64,000 nucleotides of DNA, taken from Vicugna vicugna. Taxonomy: Eukaryota. Below, in pieces: positions 47,477-61,395 of this stretch. A program made the position numbers and the translations under genes. The stretch's first letter is position 1. Each line of letters opens with the position of its first letter. Location of the stretch: assembly GCA_013265495.1 (NCBI GenBank), contig MU058221.1, positions 682,001 to 746,000 on the forward strand, written 5' to 3'. Below the pieces are notes generated by a model. The model had not been told where the DNA came from. It searched no databases and saw only the letters and a program-made list of their open reading frames with translations.

Positions 47477-50400
47477 CTCTCTCTCTCTCTCTTTTTTTTT
47501 TTGCTCCCTTGGGATGACTTTGACACACAACTACTGCTGTCAAACATTTTTTCTTCTGTTGAAGGTTGTGCTTATCTAATCTGCTTACTCTAGGTGCCAA
47601 AATTTTGGGGTCAGCCTATTAGAGCTATTAATATGTAGTAATGCCCACCTGGTTTGTATGTAGTCACTAAGTTTATGTTAATTGAGAGTGACTTGGGCGA
47701 CATCGCAGAACAACCACATATCTTTATTAAGTCTTTAATCTGACGATAATGTGCAAATAATATAAGTTGTGTTATAAAGTTGAACTCAAATTACTCTTCA
47801 CTTAAGCCACAGCTAGAAGTATCAAGGCAAACAATTTGTTTTTGGGGTCATGTTGGTTCCACTCTCTGCTCTGATTACAGTGTTTCACATCCCATTATAT
47901 CTATTTTAAGATGGTTTCTTTCCTTTCTCAGTGTTTTTATACCAATTACAGACAAATTGTAAGGTTTAATGAATACTTGTAATGTCTTCATCAGCACCAT
48001 TTTCATATAGTGATCTGCTTTACCCCCAGTTGCCAATGACAGCATGGAACTTAGTATCCTAAATACCTTCCTTCCTGGATAAACGCAGTGGAAGTGTCAT
48101 TACATTAGACGCTGTGCCTCCTTTGTGGATTCTATGCCGACTACTGGCATCTAACGCAGGGCAGAGGTTCAATAAATGTTCATTAAGTAAAACTGAGCTT
48201 TATTGTCTCCAAAGCCATTGCTCAGGTTTGATTTATTTTGGATGCATATTCAGGCATTTCATCCTCAGTCTGGGCTTTCTACAAGGAAAGAACACCACAA
48301 CAGAAGCAGGCAGAGAACGGCTCTCTTACCCAGTAACTGCATCTCCTTTGATTCCCTGCAGCCCTCCTCTGTATTCTTCTGGCTTATCTGTTTTTGATTA
48401 GCTCCACCGTATTAGAAATGCTTCTAAGACCTGTAAAATGTTTACTAAGGAACAGGTCCCAATTGAGAAAGATTCTGGAGATATTTCAGATCCACTGCCC
48501 GAACGTCTGAAGCCCCTGGCTGCACGACCCTTCCTTGGTGGCTTCACTAAACACGCCTCGCAGCTGCAGCCAGCTGGGCATGCGGTGCTGCGTATCCAGC
48601 GTCATGCGAGCTTGGACACGGGGGCCTTTTCCAACACTACTGGTGTAAAACTTGCGATGTCTTTACTGGATAAATAGTGCAAGATACTGCGCAAAACATT
48701 ACTGAGATTAAAAAATAATAAAACACACACACACACAAAACAGCAACAACAAAAAAAAACTGAACCCCTGCTCTCAAGAAACTCAAAGTGGGGAAGATGG
48801 AAGTGTAAACAAACGAAACAATGCACCTGATGAGGGCGGGGCGTTGCTAGAGTGCCACCGCACAGCGCGTGTTTGAAGTCCCCTGGAGAATGGTAAACTC
48901 GGAATTTTTTTTCAACCACATATTTTTTCCTGATAAGTAGCTAGGCACGGTGAAAATGCATTCTCCCCTGCTGGAAACCTTACAAAAGAGGCAAGCAGAA
49001 TCCTGTGAACTTCAGCCTGACACGTCCTTGAGTTCTTTGGGTGGGGGGGAGCTTCTGCCGTGTTTCTGTCCATGTGAACTATTTTGGGGGAGCTGGTTCT
49101 GTGACCAGAGCAAGAGGAGAACCAACGAAAAGCAGGGTTTACATCCTCAGGCCCTCTGTGCATTTACTTTGTATACGGAGTGGGTTTGCTCCGGTTCCCA
49201 TCTGGAATTACTGGTCAAAGAGTATGTCGTCTGTCAGGTCACCGAAATGACAGACATCAGAAGGCCTCAAGCCCCGTCCCTAGAGTCCTGAGTTCACAGA
49301 GCGCTGCCCCGCAGTCGGGAAGTCCACAGGGAGTAGCGGGGCCATGGGTGACCAAGAGCGTCTGTGCTACAGACAGCACCCAGCAGCCTTGCTCAGGGCA
49401 CTGACGGCGTCTGAGGCCAGAAGGACCGCCCTCATCTCTACAGCAGGTCTAACAGAGAGGGGAGGAAGATCTCTCAAACCGTACACCCTTGGCTGACATT
49501 TCCCCATCTCAGGTCTGGGCAGGATGCCGAGGGAGGTTTGACAGAGAAGGACTTGGAGATTTGAGACACCTCTGCCGCTCAGCAGCGGTGTGACTTCAGG
49601 GAAGTCCCTTGAATGACAACAGCTAATGTTCCTGAACTGTCTCTGGTGCGCCCTGCAAGTGTGGACGCAGCTTAACTCGTTTTCCCTTGTCTCCCTCAAC
49701 AGGTGTTTATAGAGTACGTGTTAGGTAAATAGTAGGGGAATGACCGTCTATGGGGCCGTGTTAGTCTCACAGTTTTCCAGAAGTATTTACTAAATTAATT
49801 GATTACAATGCTTGTACACACTTTAATTATACACTGTGCATAAATAAGAGGGACTACTTGATGAGACCTGGATACGCCATGTTGGAAACAGATGAAGTAC
49901 GTACTGCGGCCACGCCCTTGAGTAACCTTAGGGAGAAAAATTAGAACGGACGTGAAACTGATCTGAGTTACCTAAATCATTTTGTCTTTGCTTTTAGTGT
50001 AAATTAGCACATTAAAGTACAATATTTTACAGAAAAAGACAGAGACAGATATTCCCAAATGATCAGACACAACTTCCACCTCTTTCTAATTTTTATAACA
50101 GTTCGTCTTTGTCATCAGAGCCCAGACATATATAAAAGCTCGTTTATGCTCCATTTCCCCACTTATAATGAATAAGGACGCAGTTCTGCTGTCAGTATTT
50201 GTTTTCTATCATCTAATATTTCTACTGATACCTTACTGCCGATAAGATGGTATATATCTTGCAAACGCCTCAAACAATTCCTTGCGCTTAATAGTTCTTG
50301 AGGAAAGCTTTGTCAAATGATGTACAATTTTCTCAAAAGTCAAATCAAAAAACCTCGTTTGTTGAGCTTAACAAATAAAGCACCTGTTCCCAGGTATGGG

Positions 50401-51604
50401 TTTTCCCTCCTTGAGGCAAAAATACATTCTCTAAGTCTGTCTTTTGACATACTCTGAATTCCTAAACAGGAACACAATTGGATAGACTATGAGCCTGAAA
50501 ACAGAATTGCTCGCACAAGCACAAGGGAGGCTGTAGTAACAATGAGCGATTTTGGAAGGATGACGGGTTTTAGAAAGGGTGCGTACACTGTGTTTCTAAG
50601 GTCTGAGCTAAATCCGCCCCTTCAGCATCCAGTACGTCTTTCCCTTTGCCCCAGGTTATATTTTCCACATGTTGCCTTACCCTTTGCTGGATGGCAAGTT
50701 AACGAAATATGTTCTCCACTGACAGCTGCTCCCAGCCATATCCAGGGACAGGCTGAGACTGGGTTCACAGCACCGCCACCTGCTTTTTCAGTCCTCAGTG
50801 CTGGTTGCTGCTAATAGCCTACGTCACTTTTCCCGTCCCCTAGTCCAATTTGATGAGTGTTGGAAGCAACCTGCTTTAAGAATTTAATGTACAGCCTCGG
50901 AGAAACAAAAGGAAAGAAAATTGCACTTTTATGAATTTCCAAATTGCCATAGCTCACACTCAATGTTTATTTTATTTTAATATTACTGCCAATGGGTTTT
51001 GCCGAGTGACATAAATTTAGCACTAATGAGCATATTTTGAAAGTTTAAAAACATGATTTAATAAATGATTCAATGTAAGCTCTGCAGAAAGGACTCTGAG
51101 AGGCTGAGGAATCATTGAGCAGGAGGGAAACCATGAGGAAACAATGAAATAAAACATAAGTAGGTGAAAGCAATGATGATTTTTATTTTAGCAACATTAA
51201 TCCAGTCATTTCCTCTCAACATCACAAAGATGGTGTTGTACAAAGACAAACGTAAGTCAATTTAATTATAAACATATCTGCACTAATTAGTTGATTAAAT
51301 GAATGTAACAGGGCCTGGAACACAGCAGGGTTTGCACATGTCCACTCCTTTCTAATCCTTATTTCCCTTTTGTTATGCTTTACAATGTTTTAAACACAGA
51401 ATAGACTGACAATGAACTTTTGCAGTTAAATTTATGAATTAGTTACCCAATAATTGTTTTCTAAAACACAGTTGAAACACAACTCTTACAAGTGCTAAAA
51501 GAAGCCTCATTTCCAGTCTTTGTCTCATGCACATGCCTACATTATTATTGTTTCTTACAAACTGAGCCATCAAAGGACTGTTTTGTTTGTTCTTGTTACA
51601 ATTT

Positions 51605-54600
51605 ATTTATTTAGTATATTTATATTTATGGAAGTATAGTCGGTTTACAATGCTGTGTCAGTTTCTGGGGTACAGCACAGTGCTTCAGTCACACATGAGC
51701 ATACACATACTCATTTTCATATTCTTTTTCACCAAAAGTTACTACAAGGTAGTGAAGACAGTTTCCTGTATGAGTACATACAGTATAAGCTTGTTGTTTA
51801 TCTGTTTCATATATAGTAGTTAGTTTCTGCAAATATTGAACTCCCAATTTATCCCTTCACACCACTTTCCCCCTGGTACATGTAAGTTTGTTTTCTGTGT
51901 GTGTGGGTCTGTTTTTTTGTTTTGTAAATAAGTTTATCTACTTTTTTTTAGATTCTACGTATAAGTGATATCATATAGTATTTTCTTTCTCTTTCTAGCT
52001 TACTTCACTTAGAATGACAGTCTCCAGGTCCACCTATCTTGCTGCAAATGGCATTCATTTATTCTTTTTATGGCTGAGTAGTATTCCATTGTATAAATAT
52101 ACCGCATCTTCTTTACCTAGTCATCTGTCCATGGATGTTTAGGTGGCTTCCATGTCTTGACTGTCATAACCAGTGCTGCTATGAACATTAAGGTGCATGC
52201 ATAATTTTGGATTAAGGTTCCCTCTGGAAATATGCCCAGGAGTGGGATTGCTGGATTATGTGGTAAGTCTATTTTTAGTTTTTTGAGGAATCTCCATGCT
52301 GTTTTCCATAACGACTACACCAAACTACACTTCCACCAACAGAAAAGGAGGGTTCCCTTTTCTCCACATCCTCTCCAGCATTTATCATTTGTAGAATTTT
52401 GAATGATGGCCATTCTGACTGGTGTAAGGTAATGTCTCATTGTAGTTTTGATTTGCATTTCTCTGATAATTAGTGATATTGAGCATTTTTTCATGTGCTT
52501 ATTGGCCATTTGTATGTCTTCATTGGAGAATTGCTTCTTTAGGTCTTCTGCCCATTTTTGAATTAGGCTTTTTGTTTTTTATTATTAAGTTGTATGAGCT
52601 GTTTATATAGTCTGAAAATTAAGCCCTTGTCAGTCTCATCTTTTGCAAGAATTTTCTCCCATTTCATAGGCTGTCATTTTGTTTTTCTTTTGTTTCCTTT
52701 GCTGTGCAAAAGCTTATAAATGTGATTATATCCCATTTGTTTATTCTTGTTTTTTTTTCTATTGCCTAGGTAGACTTCCCTAGGAGAACACTGCTGAGAT
52801 TTATGTCTTGTGTCTTGTCTCATGTTTAAGTCTTTAAGACATTTTGAGTTTATTTTTGTGTATGATGTGAGGGAGAGTGGAAAATTTATTGATTTATATG
52901 CAGCTGTCTAGTTATCCCAACACCGCTTGCTGAAGAGACTGTCTTTATTGTATGTTCTTGCCTCTTGTGTCGAAGATTAATTGACCAAAAGTTTGTGGGT
53001 TCATTTCTGGGCTCTCTATTCTATTTCATTGATTCATATGACTGTTTTTGTACCAATACCATGTTGTTTTGATAACTGTAGCTCTGTAGTATTGTCTGAA
53101 GTCTGGAAGGGTTATTCCACCAGCTTCATTCTTTTATTTCAGTTTTGCTTTGGCAATTCTCAGTCTTTGTGATTCCATGTAAATTTCAGGATTATTTGTT
53201 CCAGTTCTGTAAAAAATGTCCTGGGTAATTTGATAGAGATTGCATTAAATCTGTAGATTACTTTGGGTAAGATGTCCATTTTAACAATACTAATTCTTCC
53301 AATCCAAGATCATGTGATATGCTTCCATTTCTTTGAGTCATCTTTAATTTCCTTAGTCAATGTTTTGTAGTTCTCCACATTAAGTCTTTCACTCCCTTGG
53401 TCAACTTTATTCCTAAGCATTTTATTTTTTTGGATGCAACTTTAAAAGGGATTGTTTCTTTCCTTTCCTTTTCTGATATTTTATTGTTACATAAAGAAAT
53501 GCAACTGATTTCTCTGTGTTAATCTTGTATCCTGCTACCTTGCCAAATTCTTTTTTCAGTTCTAGTAGTTTTTGTGTAGAGCCTTAGGGTTTTCTATGCA
53601 TAGTATCATGTCATCCACATATACAGACATTTTTACCTCTTCTCTTCCATTTTGGAACCCATTCATTTCTTTTTCTTGCCTAATTGCTGTCGATAGGATT
53701 TCCAATACTATGTTGAATAGAAGTGATGAGACTGGGCATCTTTGTCTTCTTCAATATTTTAGTGGGAGGGCTTTCAACTTTTTGCCATTGAGTATTATGA
53801 TGGCTGCAAGTTTGTCATAAACAGCTTTTATTATGTTGAGATATGTTTCCTCTATACACACTGATAAGAATTTTGATCATAAATGGGTGTTGAATTTTAT
53901 CAAATGCTTTATCTGCATCTGTTGAGATGATCATGTGATTTTTGTCCTTTCTCTTGTTGATGTGGTATGGTTGATTTATGTATGTTGAGCCATTCTTGTG
54001 TCCCTAGGATGGTCCCAACTTGATGATCTTTTTTATGTGTTGTTGGATTCTGTTTGCTAATATTTTCTTAATTATTTTTGCTTCTATGTTCATCAACGAT
54101 ACTGGCTTATAATTTTCTTTTTCGGTGGTGTCTTTGTCTGGCTTTGGTATCAGGTTGATGGTGGCTTCATGGAATGAGTTTGAGAATATTCCGTCCTCTT
54201 CAATATTTTGGAAGAGTTTGAGAAAGATCGGAATGAGCTCTTCTGGGAATGTTTGATAGAATTCCCCAGTGAAGCTATCTGGTCCTGGACTTTTGTTAGC
54301 AGGCGTTTTTTTATTGCTAATTCTATTTCAGTTCTAGTGATTTCTTCTTGATTTAGTTTTGGTGGACTATATGTTTCTAGGAACTTGTCCATTTCTCCTA
54401 AGTTGTCCAGTTTATTGCCATATAGTTGTTCATAGTGTTCTCTTATGATTTTTTATATTTCTGTGGTGTTGGTTGTAATTTCTCCATTTTCCTTTCTTGT
54501 TTTGTTTATTTGTGACATCTCTCTTTTATCCTTGGTGATCCTGGCCATAGTTTTGTCAATTTTGTTTACTATTTCAAAAAACAAGCTCTTGGTTTGATTT

Positions 54601-56296
54601 TTTTTTTCTATTTTTAAAATCTCTGTTTTATTATTTCCTCTCTGATCTATTTTACTTCTTTTCTTCTGCTGACTTTAGGTTTTATTTGTTCTTTTTCTAA
54701 TTCTTTTAGGTGGTAGGTTAGGTTGTTTGTTTGAGATGGTTCTTCTTTTTTGAGAAGGCCTGAATCACAATGTACTTCCCTCTTAGCTTTGCTTTTGTTG
54801 CATCCCATAGGTTTTGTGTGGTTGCGTTTTCATTGTCATTTGTCTCAAGGTATTTTTAAATTTCTTCTTTGATTTCATCATTGGCTGATTAGTTTTTGAG
54901 TAGCATGTTGTTCAGTCTGTCATTTTTTCCTCATTTGTTTTTCTGTGGTTGATTTTTAGCTTCGTGCCATTGTTGTCAGAGAAGACGCTTGAAATAATTT
55001 CTATCCTCTTAAATTTGTTGAGGCATCTTTTGTGCCCAGGTATATCATCTATCCTAGAGAATGTTCCATGAACACTTGAAAATAATATATATTCTTTTGG
55101 GGTTTGAGGGGGTATAATGTCTTAAAATTATCAACCAAGTCCACCTGCCCCATTGTGTCACTTAGTATCCCAGTTGCCTTATTGATTTTCTGTCTGGAAG
55201 ACCAGTCCAATGATGTTAGTGGGGTGTTAAAGTCTCCTGCTATTATTGCATTCCCATTAATTTCTCCCTTTATTTTTGTTAGTATTAGTTTTATATATTT
55301 AGGTTTCCCTATATTTGGTGCATATATGTTAATGAGTATAATGCCCTCATCTTGTATTGCTCCTTTGATCATTATACAGTGTCCCTTTTTAACTTTCCTT
55401 ATGGCCTTTGTTTCAAAGTCTGTTTTGTCTGATATTGCTACTCCTGCTTTCTTGTCATTTCCATTTGCTTAAAATATCTTTATCCATTCACTCACTGCCT
55501 GTTCATCCCAGAGGTGTAGGTTCACAAAGACTTCAGTGGAACAAATCCATCCTCTCTACCTGGGGCTGTAAACAAATCTTAGTCCCACCTGTGAAGTTGC
55601 AGGGCCCCTGGGTATGTATTCAACTTTCAGCCCTGCCTCCACACAGCAGTAATGGCTATGACCAAGCCCCACCTCTCTTCTCATGAGAACACATCGACAA
55701 TGGAGCCAAGGAGAGATAGCAGTTGCACCCTCCCCTCCCTGCACACAAGCAGTGCTGCTTTTTTATGGGGGTCCCAGACTGTCCTGTTCCTCATTCACCC
55801 CCGGTCATAGTTCACACCACCCTCCAGTCCCCTGAGGCTGCCTCTGTACAGACGGCCCTAGCCCTATCCCCAGAGTGATCACCAATCTCCAGCAGCCAGT
55901 TTTGGCTTGCCCTTCTCAGCACACGTCTAAGGCTGGGGATCGCAGGGACCCTCCTTACCAGTTTCTCTTAGTTCTATCTGCTAAACAGCTGCCAATTTCC
56001 TTGGAAGCTCTGCTTCTGACCCCACTGACCTCCCAGCTGGAGAGGGGGCATTCCAATGTGAGGACATCTTTCTTTCCTTACTGCTCCCTCCCTGTAGGAC
56101 TGGTCCTACACTGATTTTCTTTTTCTTTCTTTTTTCTCTTACTGGATTTTTTTTAATCCTCCTGTATTTTGAAGTGAGAGACACTCTACCAGAGTTCAGC
56201 AGGTGTTCTGTGTGATTCAGTGGGTTTGTAGATGTAATTCTTGGTGTATTTGTGGGAGAGGGCGAGCTGTGAGTCTCTCTACTCCACCATCTTGGC
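51605..56296 (-). mobile_element. LINE-1 with both termini but lacking ORF1: ~800 bp of 5'UTR fused to ORF2 within the endonuclease domain; ORF2 decayed
   Basis: 5' GCCAAGATGG at 56296; junction at ~55496; EN motifs (INIYAPN, IIAGDFNTPL) in ORF 55049-55372; candidate TSD TTAC(A/T)ATTTA at 51596-51605 and 56297-56306. Confidence 0.92.
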
Positions 56297-56374
56297 TTAC
56301 TATTTAAGTAGTAATTAATTTATCAGTATCATATAGAACTAACCAGGTAAAATGAAGTTTAAGGTCTGTAGAGA

Positions 56375-56404
<30 letters not shown>
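56375..56404. repeat. (ATT)n microsatellite
   Basis: About 10 repeat units. Confidence 0.9.
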
Positions 56405-56405
<1 letters not shown>

Positions 56406-57559
56406 CCTAATATTAAATGGTTTTGAAAGAGCACCCAGTAATAAACTGTTTTACGACAATATAAGCCCAAGCAGAGAAAAGTTAAGGAAACTGAGAATCA
56501 AAGAGTTTCAGTGTTTGCTCACATTCTACAATAAATCTAAGATTTTAATGACAGTGAATGCTATCCAAACCATGATCTTTCCATGAAACTATTTTTTGCC
56601 TAATAATTGAATATTTACATTGTCAATTGCTACCTGTGCTCTTTTACTCCACTTCTGCCCTCCCTCTTTGTCTTGAACCCATTACGATGTCTTTGTGCAT
56701 TTTGAGGGAGAAGAGTTAACCTATCCAAGTTTGATCTCCTGCAGACTGGTCATTCAGCAAAAGGTAGGCTTTGTGCAAAACTTTTTGGAAACTGGGTAGG
56801 GTTCAGTGAATAAGGCACTCAATCCTGGACCACTCCAGGGTTGTGATTTGGCTTGCCTGATCATGTCAGAAGAGGAACTGATGATTTTTGAACCATTCTT
56901 TCATTTTTTGAATTTTTATGTAGTTTAATTCTTTTTTTAAAACAACTTTATTGGGATATAGTTTCTGTACAGTAAACCAGACGTATTTCAAATGTACAAT
57001 TTAATGAATTTTGATAGATGTACACACCTGTGAAGCCACCACCAAAATCAAGATCCAACCATTCTCACGTGGGGAATCTTGCTGCCAGTGTTTTTCCTTA
57101 CACAGCTGCAAGCTCACATCTTGGACACCAGCCCACCGATCACCCCAGGGAAAGACCTGTTCTACTCGCAACTGTTAAAGCTGAGTTAGCAGGACGGAGC
57201 TGCAGCCAAGTTTCTGCCGAAATGTATTCTGTTATGTCCTTTCCTTATTCACATCATATCAGGAGAAGCGCTAGTGATTATTTAAATCAGCATAAGATTC
57301 TCGAAGCTAAGACTCAGGCTTCCTCACTTGTAATCTTATGTTCATTCCTGCTGGATACCTGGGAATGAATGCTGGATACCTTAGAGTAAATGTGCATCAG
57401 GACATTCATATACCTGCTACATCTACTGTGTCCACGAGTTTTCTCCTGCTGAACCTGGGGACCAGTGAATGTGCTCTTTAACTAGTTATGTCCTGCAAAT
57501 TTTTAATGAAAATCTCCAATTATACAGCAAAACTGCTGGCCAACCTCCATGTTTCCAAT

Positions 57560-57666
57560 CAAGTAAATCACTTCATAAATACCCATCCCTCGGGCTCTGC
57601 TCATACCAGTTAATCAAGAATCTCTGGGGTTTGGGACTTCAGCATCTATATCTATATCTATATCTA

Positions 57667-57717
<51 letters not shown>

Positions 57718-57772
57718 ATATATTTAATGCACTTCAGTGATACTTATCAGGACTCAGGTTTGAAAACCATAG
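57560..57772. mobile_element. MER5A-like MITE containing a (TATATC)n(TCTA)n microsatellite at ~57644-57722
   Basis: AATCAAGAATCTCTGGGGTTTGGGACTTCAGCATCT..CAGTGATACTTAT..AGGTTTGAAAACCA. Confidence 0.65.
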
Positions 57773-57889
57773 CATTAGAAGTCATGCATGGCGCACAAGT
57801 TTCCGGGGTTTTCAGCTGTGGCTGTATGTCAGTTGTATGATGTATGTTAGATGGTGGTTTAATTGTTACTATTGCTGTTCAGGACTGAT

Positions 57890-60800
57890 ACGGGAGTTCT
57901 GTTTTCACGAACAATACAGAAATCTGTTAAAATCCTAACTCCCAGCCTAGCAACAGGGAAAATCAGACAGGCTACAAAAATTAGACCTTTCTTAAACCCA
58001 GATCGCTGAGATCACATGGCCACAGCATAACTTGAAGTTTAAGAGCCTCCCCAGTACTACACATTGGAAATGGCTCACAAGCACTGGCTAACTTTTTGCA
58101 GAGCATGAGGGGAAGATACAGAGCGCCATACTATCAAGTAAGAATTCACTCCAAAATTTTTAATGAATGCCTGAAGGTTGAGAGTGAAACAGAAGTGAGA
58201 TAGGAAGGGGGCAGGGCACAGCCATTCAAGGAACAACATGACAATTAACATCAGGATGGCTGAGAGTTCAACCCATAGGAGGCCTCAAGGCTCAGGATGG
58301 TGGGAGATCTGACTTCCTTGAACTTCATTACATGCTCACTGTAACCTATTAGCATGGTGAATAACATGCCCACAGGCACCATGGCAGCCCCGAGGCTGGC
58401 CACAAAAGATCAAAGAGTGGGAAATGGGCAACTTCCTGGGAATCCCAGCCCCTTCCCCAGGCTGGTTACACTGGTCCTTCCACTTATTAGCATATGAAGC
58501 TATGAAGCCCATAAAAACTGGCAACACTGCCCCTCACAGCTGCCCCCTCCCTCTCTCTGGAGATGGCCCACACTCTGTCTATGGAGTGTGTACCTACTTT
58601 TACTCTAATGTGAGCACCCAACCCCCACACCCCGTGGCCTTTCTCTTGCCTTTTGATGTATCTCTACATAAATCTGCTTTTACTCAACTGTGGCTTGCTC
58701 TAGAATTCTTTCCTGCACGAGGCCAAGGACCCACGCTTGGTGGGGCATGTCCCAGGGGCTCAGCCGAAGCCTGGGACACGGCCCTCCTCACACCGCACAT
58801 CTGTTTTCCTGCATCAGAAGGAGAGTGCAGCATCACTGAACGCTGCAGACACAGGGGAATTTACACCCCTCTACGGCTCTTATCCATGAACCTCCATCAA
58901 GGTCTCACCAATAAAATGAGAGACAGAATAGAGACTGGAGGAGCGTCACGTGGTGGAGTAAATCTGCAGGGGGATAGAGAGGAAGGGCACAGAGCTCCAC
59001 CCGGACCCTTTGTGCTTTACTTTACAAATGTTCCAGGCTGCCTGGGATGGCATGGCAAACCCCGCTGCCCCAGGGCACAGGCAAGAACCACGGTGGCTGA
59101 GTGAAAAGCAAAAGAAGAAACCCTATCACCAGGGGTGGAGCAGATTTGGGGTCCAAGAACTAAAGCAATACATTTGACAGTCTCCTAATTTTGGAGGAGA
59201 GCAGGACATTCTCCATCAAAAGTACTGAAGAAAGAAGATGTCATTTGTCTGTCATGCACAGAAGACATTGCAATGAAAAGTACCACATAAAAGACACAGG
59301 GAAACAGCGCCTGCCTACCACCAAAAGTGAATCGTGAAAACAAAGGCCTACCCCAGCCCCTGTGTCCTCTCACCCAGAAACCACGCTGGCGAGCACCCAG
59401 TAACACGCGACAGCAATCTGCCGATGGGAGAGGGTAAATAGTATGCCGAGATCCAAGCAGAATAAATAGTAGAAACAAATGAAAAAGCAGCCCTACTAGA
59501 CACACTATATTCAAACTGCTTAAAATCAAAGACACAGGGTCAATTTTGTAGGCAGTTATTAGAAAGAAAGGAATATAATATACTGACAGAGGATCGAAGA
59601 AAAGAATTAGAGCAGACTCTTGTCAGAAATTTTGCAAATAGAATTTAAAAACTGGCATCATTAAAGTACAGAAGCAAATAAAACAAAGTCAAACTAGGAC
59701 ATGATATCTAGCAAATGTAAGTTTTTTTAATTCAATAAAATTTTTTCAGATATACTCATGTTAAGAAAATGTTTGCTAGCACCCTTGCAGAAATATTAAA
59801 GGAAATTCCTCAGACAGAAAGGATATAAGATCAGAAATGAATCTGAAATCAAAAAAGAGCTCCAGAAGTGGTCTCAACATAAAGAAGGTATTTTTGTTCT
59901 TATTTTTAATCACTCTAAATATAATTAACTGCCCAAGTGAAAATAATAGCAATGCATTGTGGGCGTATCACATACGTAACAGCAAGATGTATGACAACAG
60001 TGCAAAACGGGAGAAGGGGAAATGCAAGTACCCTGCTGTGCACACCTGCGTGTGCTGTATGATGCCGTCTAGCATCATTCAAATATAGACTGTGATACGA
60101 AAATAAAAATAATCCAGTACTGCAGTTAAAATGGACCAATTAAAAATACACCCCATCATTCTAAAAGCAGGCAACAAAGGAGGAAAACCAGAGCAAAGAA
60201 CAGGAGGGACAAATAGAAAACTGCCAGCAATCCCCTGGACTTTAAACCAACTATTGCAACAGTATTAAATATAAATGAGCTAAACATTGTGATCAAGGGA
60301 GAGTGTCAAACTGAAGAAGAAAGCAAGACCCAGCTACACGCTGCCCACAGAAAAGCCACTTTAAATACTAAAGTGCAGATATATTGAACGTAAAAGGATG
60401 GAAAAAAATGTTCAGTTCACAAACACTAATCTAAAAGAAAGCTTGAATAGCTATATTAATAATATAGAAATATCATCGAAGATACTTAAGGTCATTCCAG
60501 AATGATAACGGGTTCAGCCTATCTAGACGATTAATAACCCTAAACATTTTTGCACCTGCTAACAGGACTTCAGAATTCACCAAGCAAAAACTAATGAAAC
60601 CAAAAGCTGATTAAAAAATATAAGTCCACACACTTGATTGGAGATTTTAATACTTTTCTCTCAATAATAATAAAATAAGTAGACAAAAAGTACAAATAGA
60701 GACGACCTGGGGAATGCATTTAAGGACTGATTCACTGAGCAACATGTTCTTCTCCAGGGCACATGGGTTGTTATCAAATAGGGGTGAAGTATAAAGTGTG
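57890..60800 (+). mobile_element. Ancient, highly decayed L1 5' portion (5'UTR, ORF1 and EN remnants), interrupted by an LTR
   Basis: ORF1-like CTAGACACACTATATTCAAACTGCTTAAAATCAAAGA (~59495); EN-like TTAAATATAAATGAGCTAAAC..CAAGACCCAGCTACACGCTGCC..GTAAAAGGATGGAAAAA (~60265-60410). Confidence 0.7.
58196..58816 (+). mobile_element. Solo LTR, ERV1-type, 4-bp TSD GAAG
   Basis: TGAGA...CATCA termini; GAAG at 58192-58195 and 58817-58820; TATA-like CATAAAA at ~58510. Confidence 0.9.
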
Positions 60801-60869
60801 AGCTCTGGAAAATGACAGTTCCTTTTCCAATATGCATGACTTAAAGACGCAGATGGAAGATCTAGTTTT

Positions 60870-60928
60870 ATACACACATACACACACAAACACACACATA
60901 CACACACACACACACACACACAAACACA
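60870..60928. repeat. Imperfect (CA)n microsatellite
   Basis: Direct inspection. Confidence 0.9.
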
Positions 60929-60986
60929 TGTTTTGTATATATATGTTTTTTGGGTTTTTTTTTTATGTTCTCTGCTCTAAAAGGGC

Positions 60987-61291
60987 TTTTTTTTAACATT
61001 TTTTATTGATTTATAATCATTTTACACTTTTGTGTCAAATTCCAGTGTAGAGCACAATTTTTCAGTTATACATGAACATGTATATTTTCATTGTCACATT
61101 TTTTTCTCTATGAGCTACCATAAGATCTTGTATATATTTCCCTGTGCTATGCAGTATAATCTTGTTTATCTATTCTACAATTATGAAATCCCAGTCTATC
61201 TCTTCCCACCCCCCGCCTCCTTGTCAACCACAAGTTTGTATTCTGTCTGTGAGTCTATTTCTGTTTTGTATTTATGCTTTGCTTGTTTGTT

Positions 61292-61292
<1 letters not shown>
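60987..61292 (-). mobile_element. L1 3'UTR fragment related to the young lineage, followed by (TA)n(CA)n
   Basis: Same terminus TTTTAACATTTTTTATTGATTTATAATCATTTTACA as at 10205; more diverged internally; no TSD seen. Confidence 0.93.
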
Positions 61293-61335
<43 letters not shown>

Positions 61336-61395
61336 TTAATTTTATGTGCTATCTTGACTGAGCCAAGGGACGCCCAGACAGCTGTTATTCTGAGG

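Noticed and set aside
58424..59104. 226-aa ORF
   Set aside because: Starts inside a solo LTR and runs into old L1 sequence; no recognisable domain; most likely a chance ORF.
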